Of a DNA stretch of 64,000 bases, positions 19,973-29,672 are shown piece after piece (the stretch's first letter is position 1; each line of letters begins with the position of its first letter). The stretch covers positions 2,362,822-2,426,821 of the forward strand of contig CAVTTL010000001.1 in the NCBI GenBank assembly GCA_963737635.1, read 5' to 3'. This DNA is from an uncultured Methanoregulaceae archaeon. Its GTDB lineage: Archaea; Halobacteriota; Methanomicrobia; Methanomicrobiales; Methanospirillaceae. The notes beneath the pieces were generated by a model. The model saw only the letters and a program-made list of their open reading frames with translations. It made no database searches and was not told where the DNA came from. Position numbers and translations under genes: made by a program.

Positions 19973-21910
19973 ATGACTATAATATCCTCGTGCTATCTTA
20001 TAGACAGCAGCGGAAACCGGGTTATATTGGGGAAAAAAATCGGCGCTGGCGGTGAGGGTAATGTATTTGAAATCGAATCAAAATCGAATATTGTTGCAAA
20101 AATCTATCTTAAATCTCTCGATGATGAAAAACAGGAAAAATTAAAATTAATGGTTACGGGATGTAATGAAGAATTAAAAGCAATTGCTGCCTGGCCCACC
20201 GACCTAGTCTTTTCAGCACAGAGTGGAGAGATTTGTGGCTTTACCATGCAGAAAATAGCCGAATTTTGGCCAATTCATACGCTCTATGGGCCATCACACC
20301 GCAAACAGGTTTTTCCTGAAGCTAATTGGTATTTTTTGGTAAGGAATGCAAAAAATTGCGCTGCTGCGTTCGCTGTAATTCACAAAAACGGATTTGTTAT
20401 TGGGGATGTTAATGAAGGAAATATATTAGTGAATAAACAAGCTTGTGTTCGACTCATAGATTGTGATTCATTTCAAGTAAATAATTCTAATAACAAAAAA
20501 TATCTTTGTGAAGTGGGCGTTGGCCAATTCACTCCACCAGAACTTCAGAATATAAAAAACTTTAAAATCGAACGAAATCCTAATCATGATAACTTTGGCT
20601 TAGCCGTTCTTATTTTTCTATTGTTGTTCATGGGTAGGCATCCTTATTCTGGTGTTTTTCACGGTAGGGACGATGTCTCGATGGAGAGAGCAATTTTAGA
20701 ATATAGATTTGCCTTCAGCAAAAGAGCGAAGTTAAAAAATATTTCACCTCCCCCCAATTCAGTTAATCTTTCAATAGTGCCTGGTACGATTGGGACGGCT
20801 TTCGAACAGGCGTTCACAGAAGAAGGAATTCGATATCCTTTTAGACCAACGGCGGAAAGTTGGTGGAATTTACTTAATGACCTCGAACATAAATTAAAAC
20901 AATGTCCTTTAGAACAAATGCACCTCTTTTATTCGGGGTTGTCAGCTTGTCCGTGGTGTACACTAGAAGAAAAATCTGGAATTTTGCTATTTCTGGATCG
21001 GGAGACTTCTCCAAAATTTGATCTCAATATCTTTTGGCAAAAACTTATTGCAATTAAACGGCCGGGACCTCTGCCCAACATCGATCCGCAAAATTATAAT
21101 CTTCAACCTGAACCCATTCCTTACCATTTACAAATTGCTGTTAGAAATAGGAAAATTCGAAAAATCATCGCGATACTAATAATAGTAATAGGTATTTTTT
21201 TCGGCATTGGACTTTTTATTTTGACTCTTCTTTTGGGAATCATCCTTGCTTACTACCCGGGACAAGAACAAAATGAGAAAAAAAGAAGAGTGACGGTATT
21301 TGAAAAATGCAGGAGAAATTGGATCATAATAAACGATAAATGGAAATCTGAGGCGAACGATGAGGCATTTAAATCTCAGTTGCAGCGGCTGATATCTTTA
21401 AAAATCAAATACGAATTCATTGAGAAAGAGTACAAACAAGAATTATTATCCTTGCAAAATGCAGCAAAAGAGAGACAACTAAAAAAATATCTTGATTCGT
21501 TTTTTATCGATAGTTGTTCAATCTCCAAAATTGGGCCAACTAGAAAAGCATCATTGAGGTCATTTGGAATTGAAACTGCAGGAGATATCTCTTACGGAAG
21601 AATTCGGAGGATACCGGGATTCGGGGATGTGTTAACAAGTGATCTTGTTGGATGGCGCAATCAAATCGAAAATAACTTCAAATTCGATTCATCAAAGGGA
21701 GTGGATAAAACAGATGTTCAATTTATAAATCAAAAATTTAAACCTAAACTCAAACCGATCGAACGCGAATTACGGAGTGGATTTGAGAAATTAGAGCAAA
21801 TTCAACACAGCATTATTAAAAAACGAGAGGATTTATATTCGATTGTCGAGAGAAATGCAAAGGAATTGGCACAGGCTCAAGCAAATCTCATCCCCTTGAA
21901 ATTATTTTAA
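19973..21910 (+). CDS. YegI-like Ser/Thr protein kinase with TM and helix-hairpin-helix domain
   Basis: GAGGEG, VAKIY, IGDVNEGNILV, LIDCDSFQ, FTPPE, CPWC, IGPTRKASLRSFGIETA, IPGFG. Confidence 0.85.
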   Translation: MTIISSCYLIDSSGNRVILGKKIGAGGEGNVFEIESKSNIVAKIYLKSLDDEKQEKLKLMVTGCNEELKAIAAWPTDLVFSAQSGEICGFTMQKIAEFWPIHTLYGPSHRKQVFPEANWYFLVRNAKNCAAAFAVIHKNGFVIGDVNEGNILVNKQACVRLIDCDSFQVNNSNNKKYLCEVGVGQFTPPELQNIKNFKIERNPNHDNFGLAVLIFLLLFMGRHPYSGVFHGRDDVSMERAILEYRFAFSKRAKLKNISPPPNSVNLSIVPGTIGTAFEQAFTEEGIRYPFRPTAESWWNLLNDLEHKLKQCPLEQMHLFYSGLSACPWCTLEEKSGILLFLDRETSPKFDLNIFWQKLIAIKRPGPLPNIDPQNYNLQPEPIPYHLQIAVRNRKIRKIIAILIIVIGIFFGIGLFILTLLLGIILAYYPGQEQNEKKRRVTVFEKCRRNWIIINDKWKSEANDEAFKSQLQRLISLKIKYEFIEKEYKQELLSLQNAAKERQLKKYLDSFFIDSCSISKIGPTRKASLRSFGIETAGDISYGRIRRIPGFGDVLTSDLVGWRNQIENNFKFDSSKGVDKTDVQFINQKFKPKLKPIERELRSGFEKLEQIQHSIIKKREDLYSIVERNAKELAQAQANLIPLKLF

Positions 21911-22236
21911 GAGAATTCCCGCATATTTTCTCTCGTATTACCGGTTTACGCGGTTCAATAGCTTTTTCAGGATCAATCCGGCCATATTTTCACATGGCAC
22001 TGAGGTATTTTATAAAGCTACGAGGATGAGAATTATGCATCCGCCACCAAGCCTTCCGGAGAAGTCGACTTGATGACGGGTCGGCGAACCGAGGGCAATC
22101 TTTCGCAATCCTGAGATGCCCTTCAGGTAGTAGAGTTAGTATATACTTTCCCTCCTACAGACAATCCCTTAATGGTTGCGGTACAGGATCAGCCCGGTAT
22201 GGGGCTTGAAATTTCAAACTCATCACAACCACAAAA

Positions 22237-22368
22237 ATGTCACGAAGCAACCCGCTCGGCCTACTGGCCGATTTAATCTCCGATGCGACTCGGCTTGTGA
22301 TTGCAATTGCAATCTTTGCCGCAGTCGTTATCGCTGTTGGGATAGCACTTATCGCTATTCCACACTGA
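22237..22368 (+). CDS. 43-aa single-TM peptide (not in ORF track)
   Basis: MSRSNPLGLLADLISDATRLVIAIAIFAAVVIAVGIALIAIPH. Confidence 0.4.
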   Translation: MSRSNPLGLLADLISDATRLVIAIAIFAAVVIAVGIALIAIPH

Positions 22369-22443
22369 TGTACTAATATTCGAGCACGCCTTTGGACGGG
22401 AAAATCGTCCAGAGGCGTAATCGGATATGGTTGTGACAGGGGT

Positions 22444-22620
22444 ATGAAGGAAAAATTTGGTATGGGGATCATGACGATGTATAAATGCGGGAATAAGCCC
22501 GGAAAAGGGCATTATATATCTGTAGAAACGGGGGAAATAATCCATCTCCCAAAAGATACAGATCCTTTACCGCCACGTCCGCTCGACAAAAAGAGTTGTG
22601 ACTGGTGGAAAATCGATTAA
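22444..22620 (+). CDS. Small YjzC/zinc-ribbon-like protein (not in ORF track)
   Basis: MYKCGNKPGKGHYISVETGEIIHLPKDTDPLPP resembles the xxxGEKPGxGxY...LPP family. Confidence 0.5.
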   Translation: MKEKFGMGIMTMYKCGNKPGKGHYISVETGEIIHLPKDTDPLPPRPLDKKSCDWWKID

Positions 22621-22650
22621 TCTCACCCTTTTTTTATTCACCAATTACCA

Positions 22651-22707
22651 CCCGACTTTTGACAGCATCCGCTCTTGGGGTTGACCCCCCGCAGACTTTA
22701 CAGAACC
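22651..22707 (-). repeat. Orphan bipartite terminal repeat of a sister element
   Basis: Reverse complement GGTTCTGTAAAGTCTGCGGGGG-N18-TGCTGTCAAAAGTCGGG. Confidence 0.85.
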
Positions 22708-22865
22708 GGCTGACACAGGTTCTGTAAAGTCTGCGGGGGATAGCACATTCCCAAAGATGCTGTCAAAAGTCGGGGGGGTGATGTGAGATGGTACCAATCA
22801 CTCATAGAAAAATTGCAAATTTTGGATGCTCCCTATCATTAATTGGGGCAATTATTAGTTTGCTC

Positions 22866-23789
22866 TCACTTTTTTTTGCGAACATTTCTGATTGCGCCGT
22901 TGTTCCGTTTGGTTTCTGGATTTGTCTCTTTGGGATCTGTCTCTGGATTGGTGGGGGGTTTCTTTTCATTATATTTTTCCGGCAATTCGACGAAAACGTA
23001 TAAAATCCCCGTTAAAGCTGTGAATGCTAATAGTACAATAGATAATACTGCGGTCACTCGTGTATCTTTCTCCTGTTGAATGATATCTGAACTAGAGACG
23101 TGTATCTTATAATCAGGGTATGTTACAAAATCCGAAGTTCCGTTATTAAAATAAACGGTAATATATGGATAGTAATCCCCTTGTGTGTACCATTTTATTG
23201 ATTGTGTGAAAGGAAAATCCGAACCCACAGGAGTTTTATTGGGATCGAAACTCATTAGAGAGGGATCTCCAGGGAACAAATTAATCCAAAACTGGCCTCC
23301 GGGCATCACTGTAGCAGATTCGGATTTATCATATTGATCAGCCGCCTCAAAACCACCTAGTACGGCATGAGGGAGAATGCCAGATTTTTCGGATTCGTTA
23401 TATTGATTAAAATTTGATATTACTTGGTATCGCAAATCAACTCCGGAATAATTACGTGCTTTGCTTGGATCTATATGACCCCCTGACCAAACATCAACAC
23501 GCGATCCTTCAGAAAGAGTGCCGTAATGCTGTAAAATAATTAAAACTGAAAAATCAGGGGAGTTTTTGGATTTATTGGAATTTATATCCCAAACTGGGAG
23601 AGGAGATGGATTCGATGTTGGGGGGTAGTATAAGATTATCGGGATTACTTGGGGTTCATTTTGAATTGGATTTATAAAGGGGATATTCGCATTATAAAAA
23701 TTTGCACCAGCCACCAATATCAGGTACCCAATTAATAAAACAATTGCTGCTTGAAGAAATTTGACTTTTGTTATGCGCAAACTAACCAC
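22866..23789 (-). CDS. Hypothetical membrane protein (transposon cargo)
   Basis: 307-aa AT-rich ORF with N- and C-terminal TM helices. Confidence 0.6.
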   Translation of the reverse strand: MVSLRITKVKFLQAAIVLLIGYLILVAGANFYNANIPFINPIQNEPQVIPIILYYPPTSNPSPLPVWDINSNKSKNSPDFSVLIILQHYGTLSEGSRVDVWSGGHIDPSKARNYSGVDLRYQVISNFNQYNESEKSGILPHAVLGGFEAADQYDKSESATVMPGGQFWINLFPGDPSLMSFDPNKTPVGSDFPFTQSIKWYTQGDYYPYITVYFNNGTSDFVTYPDYKIHVSSSDIIQQEKDTRVTAVLSIVLLAFTALTGILYVFVELPEKYNEKKPPTNPETDPKETNPETKRNNGAIRNVRKKK

Positions 23790-23827
23790 GTTACAGTATC
23801 TTCAAATTTCAACTATAAAAAATTATA

Positions 23828-24013
23828 TTAATCTCTTATAACATCAACCCTCAATCCTTCGCTTTCTATGCACCATCGGAACCGGTGCCCTTTCTTTAGA
23901 TCCAGTTTGGCGACAACAAACGCAGGAACAGTAACACGCAACGATGTGGTTTGAGCCGTCGCCGGATGTAATACCGATTCATCCGCCCGTACATTTCTTG
24001 GCATAGGCACCAA
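23828..24013 (-). CDS. AbrB/MazE/SpoVT-type regulator
   Basis: SLRVTVPAFVVAKLDLKKGHRFRW swapped-hairpin motif; divergent from the transposase. Confidence 0.75.
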   Translation of the reverse strand: MVPMPRNVRADESVLHPATAQTTSLRVTVPAFVVAKLDLKKGHRFRWCIESEGLRVDVIRD

Positions 24014-24017
24014 TCTG

Positions 24018-24094
24018 TCGCCATTCTATTTATAGTCTATTGCCTTTGTATATGTAAATAGGTTTAAATAGTTCGCCATTCTATATGTAAATAG
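24018..24094. promoter_or_regulatory. Direct repeats in abrB/transposase divergent promoter
   Basis: TCGCCATTCTAT at 24018 and 24073; TATATGTAAATAG at 24049 and 24082; TTTAAATA box between. Confidence 0.55.
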
Positions 24095-24109
24095 AGAGTA
24101 AATAGGAAG

Positions 24110-25258
24110 GTGAACAAAATGCCCCAAATCTTTGCACCACTAAACACAACCCGCGAGGAACGCGGAAAGGCAATCACTGAAAAGAAAGGCCAAATCTGGA
24201 GATACAGCAACGGCCTGTACCGTGTCATGTCACAGTCGGGACGCGGCTCGTATCAGATACAGAAAACCGATCTCGGATGGAAATGCACCTGTCCCGACCA
24301 TGTAAACCGTGGAGTGGAATGCAAACACATCATCGCCGTGAAACTCTCATATGCTCTCCGCGAAGAGGTCAAGGCAAACGTAACCCTTGATCCGGTAGTC
24401 CTGACAAACTGCCCTGCCTGCGGAACGGCAAACATCCAGAAGTTTGGGATTAGACACAACAAGAACACCGATATTCAGCGGTACATCTGCCGTGACTGTG
24501 GCAAGCAGTTCAGTATTAACATCGGCTTTGAAAAGATGAAACACAACCCGAAGGCAATCACGGCAGCGATGCAGCTTTACTTCTCCGGGGAGTCCCTGCG
24601 GAACACGCAGAGGTCGTTAAAACTTCTCGGTGCGGAAGTCAGCCATCAGACAATAAGCAACTGGATCACGAAATACACGATGTTGATGAAGGGGTACGTT
24701 GACCGTCTCAATCCGGAAGTTGGCGACGTATGGAGAGCGGATGAAGTTTGGATCACGGTCAAGGGCAACCTGAAATATCTCTTTGCTCTGATTGATGACG
24801 AAACCCGGTACTGGATTGCTCAGGAAGTCGCCGACTCAAAACACATGCACGACGCGGCGGGGTTACTCCACGAAGGCAAACAACTCATGGATAAAATACC
24901 GGCGGTTCTGGTTACGGATGGTCTGCCGTCTTACCACACCGCCTTTAACAAAGAGTATTACAGCAATACAAAACCCCAATCCCGGCACATCAACGCGATT
25001 AAACTCACCGGTAACGAATGGAACGAGAACAACAACAAGATGGAACGCATCAACGGCGAAATTCGTGATAGGGAAAAGACCATGCGCGGCCTGAAAAAGA
25101 AGAGCACTCCGATCTTAAAGGGTATGCAGGTCTATCACAACTACATTAAACCGCACGAAGGGTTACAGGGCAGAACCCCGGCAGAAGCCTGCGGGATTGT
25201 TGTCAACGGGGAAAACAAGTGGATGACATTAATTCAGAATGCAGCGCGGGCAAAATAA
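24110..25258 (+). CDS. DDE transposase (IS6/IS240-like) with N-terminal SWIM finger and IS1-type zinc ribbon
   Basis: CTCPD...CKH; CPAC...QRYICRDC; HTH; WRADE, LVTDGL, NNKMERINGEIR; HNYIKPH...TPAE. Confidence 0.9.
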   Translation: MNKMPQIFAPLNTTREERGKAITEKKGQIWRYSNGLYRVMSQSGRGSYQIQKTDLGWKCTCPDHVNRGVECKHIIAVKLSYALREEVKANVTLDPVVLTNCPACGTANIQKFGIRHNKNTDIQRYICRDCGKQFSINIGFEKMKHNPKAITAAMQLYFSGESLRNTQRSLKLLGAEVSHQTISNWITKYTMLMKGYVDRLNPEVGDVWRADEVWITVKGNLKYLFALIDDETRYWIAQEVADSKHMHDAAGLLHEGKQLMDKIPAVLVTDGLPSYHTAFNKEYYSNTKPQSRHINAIKLTGNEWNENNNKMERINGEIRDREKTMRGLKKKSTPILKGMQVYHNYIKPHEGLQGRTPAEACGIVVNGENKWMTLIQNAARAK

Positions 25259-25631
25259 CTTTTTTTTTAATTTACCATAAATGCCAAAATAATGCCGCAT
25301 ATCATTTAATACCTTTAAATATGCTTTAAGAGGGTTTAATCATATTAAAACATTTTAAATAATGTTATTTTTGTATTTTCATAATCTCTTCAATTCTTCA
25401 ACTGATATGGAAAATGACCAGTTTTGCATGCATGCATACATGCATGAGCAAAATGAAATTTTTAGAAGAAACTATTTGTGTATAGCGCACTAAGCCGGAT
25501 CTCATACACAGGGCTCATGCTCCCTTAATTAAACCTAAAAAAGGTAATTTGGAAACCCGCGAAGGTACCAAAAAGCGAATCCGACAAATTCCTTTTTGGC
25601 GCGTTAGAATAAATACCTTTGGGTACCGACG

Positions 25632-25847
25632 ATGAAAATAATTAGCGGATGCTATCAAGAGGTGGTAACAATCCCATTAAGGGCAATACTAACCGGAATC
25701 CTCCTATGCATTATCGGGGGATTGCTTCTACCAGTAATTGCGGTGTTATGGGGAGCAATTCTTATGGTGATCGTAGGTCTAGGTCTGATCGTTATAGGAT
25801 TCCTGATGTTAGTTACAGGAACAGGTTACCCGGCAAGCCAACGGTAA
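25632..25847 (+). CDS. Small two-TM membrane protein (cargo)
   Basis: Strongly hydrophobic 71-aa ORF inside the TIRs. Confidence 0.45.
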   Translation: MKIISGCYQEVVTIPLRAILTGILLCIIGGLLLPVIAVLWGAILMVIVGLGLIVIGFLMLVTGTGYPASQR

Positions 25848-25999
25848 CCTCTAATCTCTCTCTATTTTTTGAAATAACCCCCGACTTTTGACAGCACTTT
25901 TCAAGATCTCTTACCCCCCGCAGACTTGACAGAACCGCTACACAATAATTTTATATACTACATAATCCTAACTAATGGTTAACCTCAAAAAGGAGGCTT

Positions 26000-26631
26000 A
26001 TGATTATGACAGAAACCAACGACGTAAAAATTACCGTACAGGAAGGAGACCTCGGACGGAGCATCCTGCCCTGGCGGGTACGAGACCGGCGGATCGCCCC
26101 GAACACAGGCACGAGGACGATGTAATGGATGACTCCCAACCGACTGAAGAAATCGACCGGCTGAAAAAGGAGCTCGAAGAAAAAACACGTCTCGCGGAGG
26201 AACGGCTGGAGCAGATGAAATATCTCCGGGCAGAGTTCGACAATTACCGCAAATGGTCTGAGAAAGAGAAAGGAGCGATCATCGCCCTCGCAAACGAGAA
26301 CCTGATCTGCGACCTCCTCGTCATTCTCGACGATTTCGAACGGGCACTTCCCTCTCTCGAACAGGGAAAAAACAAGGTGGGAATGGAAATGATCTACAAA
26401 AATTTCGCGAAAATCCTTTCGGCCTATGGGTTAAAGCCGATAGAATGCGTCGGGAAAAAATTCGATCCGCAGTGCCACGAGGCCCTCTGCACCGAGAAGT
26501 GCAACAAAGAGCACCACACCGTTCTTGAAGAACTGGAAAAAGGGTACCAACTCAAATCTAAAATAATCAGACCTTCGAAAGTAAAGATCGCAGAACACGT
26601 AAGTGAAGAAACGGGTGAGAACAATGGCTAA
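26000..26631 (+). CDS. grpE: Nucleotide exchange factor GrpE (5' frameshift)
   Basis: AGGAGG RBS; [32 protein letters not shown]...IRPSKVKI; TTTTATATA box at about 25949. Confidence 0.9.
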
Positions 26632-28500
26632 AGAGAAAATAATCGGCATTGACCTGGGAACCTCCAACAGCGAAGCTGCGGTAATGGTCGGTGGCAAACC
26701 GACGATCATTCCTTCAGCGGAAGGTGCAACCGTAGCCGGGAAGATGTTCCCTTCGTATGTAGCGTTTACGGCAGACGGCCAGCTCCTCGTAGGAGAACCC
26801 GCACGGCGCCAAGCGGTGAGCAATCCAGACGGCACAATCTCAGCTGCAAAAAGAAAAATCGGCAGCTCCCACGTGTACAAAATATACGGGAAAGACTACA
26901 CGCCCCAGCAGATCTCGGCATTTATCCTGCAGAAGATAAAGAGGGACGCGGAAGCGTTCCTCGGCGAGAAAGTAACAAAGGCCGTTATCACCGTCCCCGC
27001 CTACTTCAACGACAACCAGCGCACGGCAACCAAGGACGCCGGCAAGATCGCAGGTCTTGACGTAGTACGGCTCGTGAACGAACCCACCGCAGCGTCCATG
27101 GCCTACGGGCTCGACAAAGGCGGCGAGTACAAGATCCTCGTCTTCGATCTCGGCGGCGGGACCCTCGATGTCACCATCATGGAGTTCGGCGGCGGTACCT
27201 TCACCGTCCTCGCAACCTCCGGTGACACCCAGCTCGGAGGCACCGACATGGACACCGCGATCTACGAATGGATCGCAGCGGAGTTCAAGAAACAGGAAGG
27301 CATCGATCTCAGGAACGACAAGATGGCGATCAACCGGGTCAAAGAGGCCGCTGAGAAGGCAAAGATCGAACTCTCGACGGTCCTTGAGACCGAGATCAAC
27401 CTCCCGTACGTTTCCGCCACCCAGTCAGGCCCCAAACACCTCTCCATGAAACTGTCCCGGGCAAAGCTCGAGCAGCTGGTCGAACCCATCATCAAGCGGT
27501 GTATCGGGCCCTTCGACCAGGCATTAAAAGACGCAAAACTGACCAAAGACGATATCCAGAAGGTCATCCTCGTCGGCGGGCCGACCCGTATGCCGGTGGT
27601 CCAGAAATTCATCGCGGACCACGTCGGCGACAAGATGGTGCGGGGCATCGATCCCATGGAGTGTGTCGCGATGGGCGCGGCAATCCAGGGCGGCATTCTC
27701 GGCGGAGAAATTACCGACATGGTGCTTTTGGACGTCACCCCACTCACCTTAGGCCTTGAAACCCTCGGCGGCGTCAGGACGGCTCTGATCGACCGGAACA
27801 CCACGATCCCGACAAAGAAGAGCCAGATCTTCTCGACCGCCGCGGATATGCAGACCTCGGTCACGATCCACGTGCTTCAGGGAGAACGGGCAATGGCCGC
27901 AGATAACGTGAGCCTCGGCCAGTTTAACCTCGTCGGCCTTCCCCCGGCACCCGGGGCGTCCCGCAGGTCGAAGTCACGTTCGATATCGACGCTTCCGGTA
28001 TCCTCAACGTCTCGGCAAAAGATCTCGGCACCGGTAAAGAGCAGAAGATGACCATCACCGCATCGTCAAAACTCTCGGACAGCGACGTGAAAAAGATGGT
28101 CAGCGATGCCAAGGAGTTCGAGGAGCAGGACAAAGCGCGGAAAGAGGAGATCGAGACGCGCAACACCGCCGATTCCCTCGTGTACACAGCAGAAAAAACA
28201 AAGGCCGACCTTGCCGACAAACTCAATGCAGACATAACGGAACGGCTGAACAGTGCCATAACCGCCACAAAGGCCGCACTGGAAGGAAAAGACACCCCAA
28301 AGATCCGGTCAGAGATGGAAAACCTCCAGAAGGTGCTGGGAGAAGCCGGTACTGCCGCATACCAGCACGTCAGCCAGCAGGCACAGCAGCAGGCCGGATC
28401 CCAGGAAGCTCCTCCGGGTGAAGGCGCCAGCAGTAATGCGCCGGGCCCGGACGGCGAGAAGGTCGTCGACGCTGATTTCAAAGTGAAGGATGAAAAATAA
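26624..28500 (+). CDS. dnaK: Chaperone DnaK (frameshift near 27950)
   Basis: [25 protein letters not shown]; PPAP/(R)[12 protein letters not shown] broken by a 1-nt shift; ends [12 protein letters not shown]. Confidence 0.95.
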
Positions 28501-28517
28501 TATTTTTTCAGGCACGT

Positions 28518-29576
28518 ATGGCTACACAGGATTATTACGAGGTACTGGGCGTAAAACGGGATGCATCAGCGGACGATCTCAAAAAAGCGTTCCGGCACCT
28601 TGCGCGAAAATACCACCCGGACCTCAACAAAGGCAGTAAAGAGGCAGAAGAGAAGTTCAAGGAGGTCAATGAGGCCTATCAGGTGCTTAGCGATCCCACG
28701 AAAAAGGCCCAGTACGACCAGGTCGGCCATGCGGATTTCGCACCCGGGGACGAGTCACGGTACCAGGCTCCCAGCTACGACGACCTGTTCCGGGACTTCG
28801 GGCTCGGGGATATCTTCGATGCGTTCTCCACCGGACCGCAGCGGGCCAGGAGCCGGGCCGGTGCGGACCTCCGGTACGATATAGAGATCTCTCTCACCGA
28901 CGCATTCTACGGGACGAAAAACACGGTTGCCGTCCCGCACCAGTCGGAATGCAGTACCTGTCACGGCACCGGTGCACAACCCGGGTATCTCAAGGAATGC
29001 CCGACCTGCCATGGGACCGGCGAGATCCGGACACCCCAGAGGATCCGGAACCGCCAGGTAACCAGCCTCGCCACCTGCCCGGAGTGCGGCGGGAGCGGCC
29101 GGATCGTCGAACGACCCTGCCAGACCTGTCACGGCAGCGGCGTCCTGCAGAAAACAAGAAAAATTGAAGTAACGATCCCCCGCGGCGTTGAAGACGGGCA
29201 GCTCCTGAGGATCGCCGGGGAGGGCGAACCGGGAGAGAACCGGGGGCCACCGGGCGATCTCTATGCCGTCGTCCATGTGAAAAAGCATGACGTCTTCGAA
29301 CGGCAGGGTGCCGATCTCCGCACGACTGCGGTCGTGGGGCTGCCAACCGCACTCCTTGGCGGGGAGATCAGTGTACCTACAATAACCGGCAGTGCGCTCC
29401 TGAAAATCCCCCGGGGGACCCAGAGCCACACCCTCTTCCGGCTCCGGAACCAGGGCATGCCTTTCCTGAATGCAGACCGGCGGGGGGATCTTCTGGTGAA
29501 GGTCATCGTGAAGATTCCAGCAGACCTTACGAAAAAACAGGAAGATCTGATGAAAGAGGCATTCGTCGGTTCATAA
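28518..29576 (+). CDS. dnaJ: Chaperone DnaJ
   Basis: J domain with HPD; four CxxCxGxG repeats. Confidence 0.95.
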   Translation: MATQDYYEVLGVKRDASADDLKKAFRHLARKYHPDLNKGSKEAEEKFKEVNEAYQVLSDPTKKAQYDQVGHADFAPGDESRYQAPSYDDLFRDFGLGDIFDAFSTGPQRARSRAGADLRYDIEISLTDAFYGTKNTVAVPHQSECSTCHGTGAQPGYLKECPTCHGTGEIRTPQRIRNRQVTSLATCPECGGSGRIVERPCQTCHGSGVLQKTRKIEVTIPRGVEDGQLLRIAGEGEPGENRGPPGDLYAVVHVKKHDVFERQGADLRTTAVVGLPTALLGGEISVPTITGSALLKIPRGTQSHTLFRLRNQGMPFLNADRRGDLLVKVIVKIPADLTKKQEDLMKEAFVGS

Positions 29577-29672
29577 CCGGGAAACCCATACTGCCACCAG
29601 TCAGTGTTCCGCTTTAGCAAGCTATTAGAACGAGAAACGAACAGTGAAACGTAACGGGGAAAGGACGATAGT

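Larger units (their letters stand above)
22718..25936 (+). mobile_element. IS6-like cargo-carrying transposon with 59-bp bipartite TIRs
   Basis: Left TIR 22718-22776 and right TIR 25878-25936, both GGTTCTGT(A/C)AAGTCTGCGGGGG-N18-TGCTGTCAAAAGTCGGGGG; internal DDE transposase. Confidence 0.85.

Noticed and set aside
22040-22049. CCGCCACCA as tRNA 3' end / att site
   Set aside because: No T-arm or cloverleaf upstream; the similar string at 9772 is part of a repeat end.
22651-22776. Large palindrome as CRISPR repeat or terminator
   Set aside because: It is two abutted transposon ends; there is no repeat-spacer array or cas gene in the window.
22788-23003. Hydrophobic + strand ORF just inside the left TIR
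   Set aside because: Overlaps the 3' end of the 307-aa minus-strand ORF; cannot decide which is real in the overlap.
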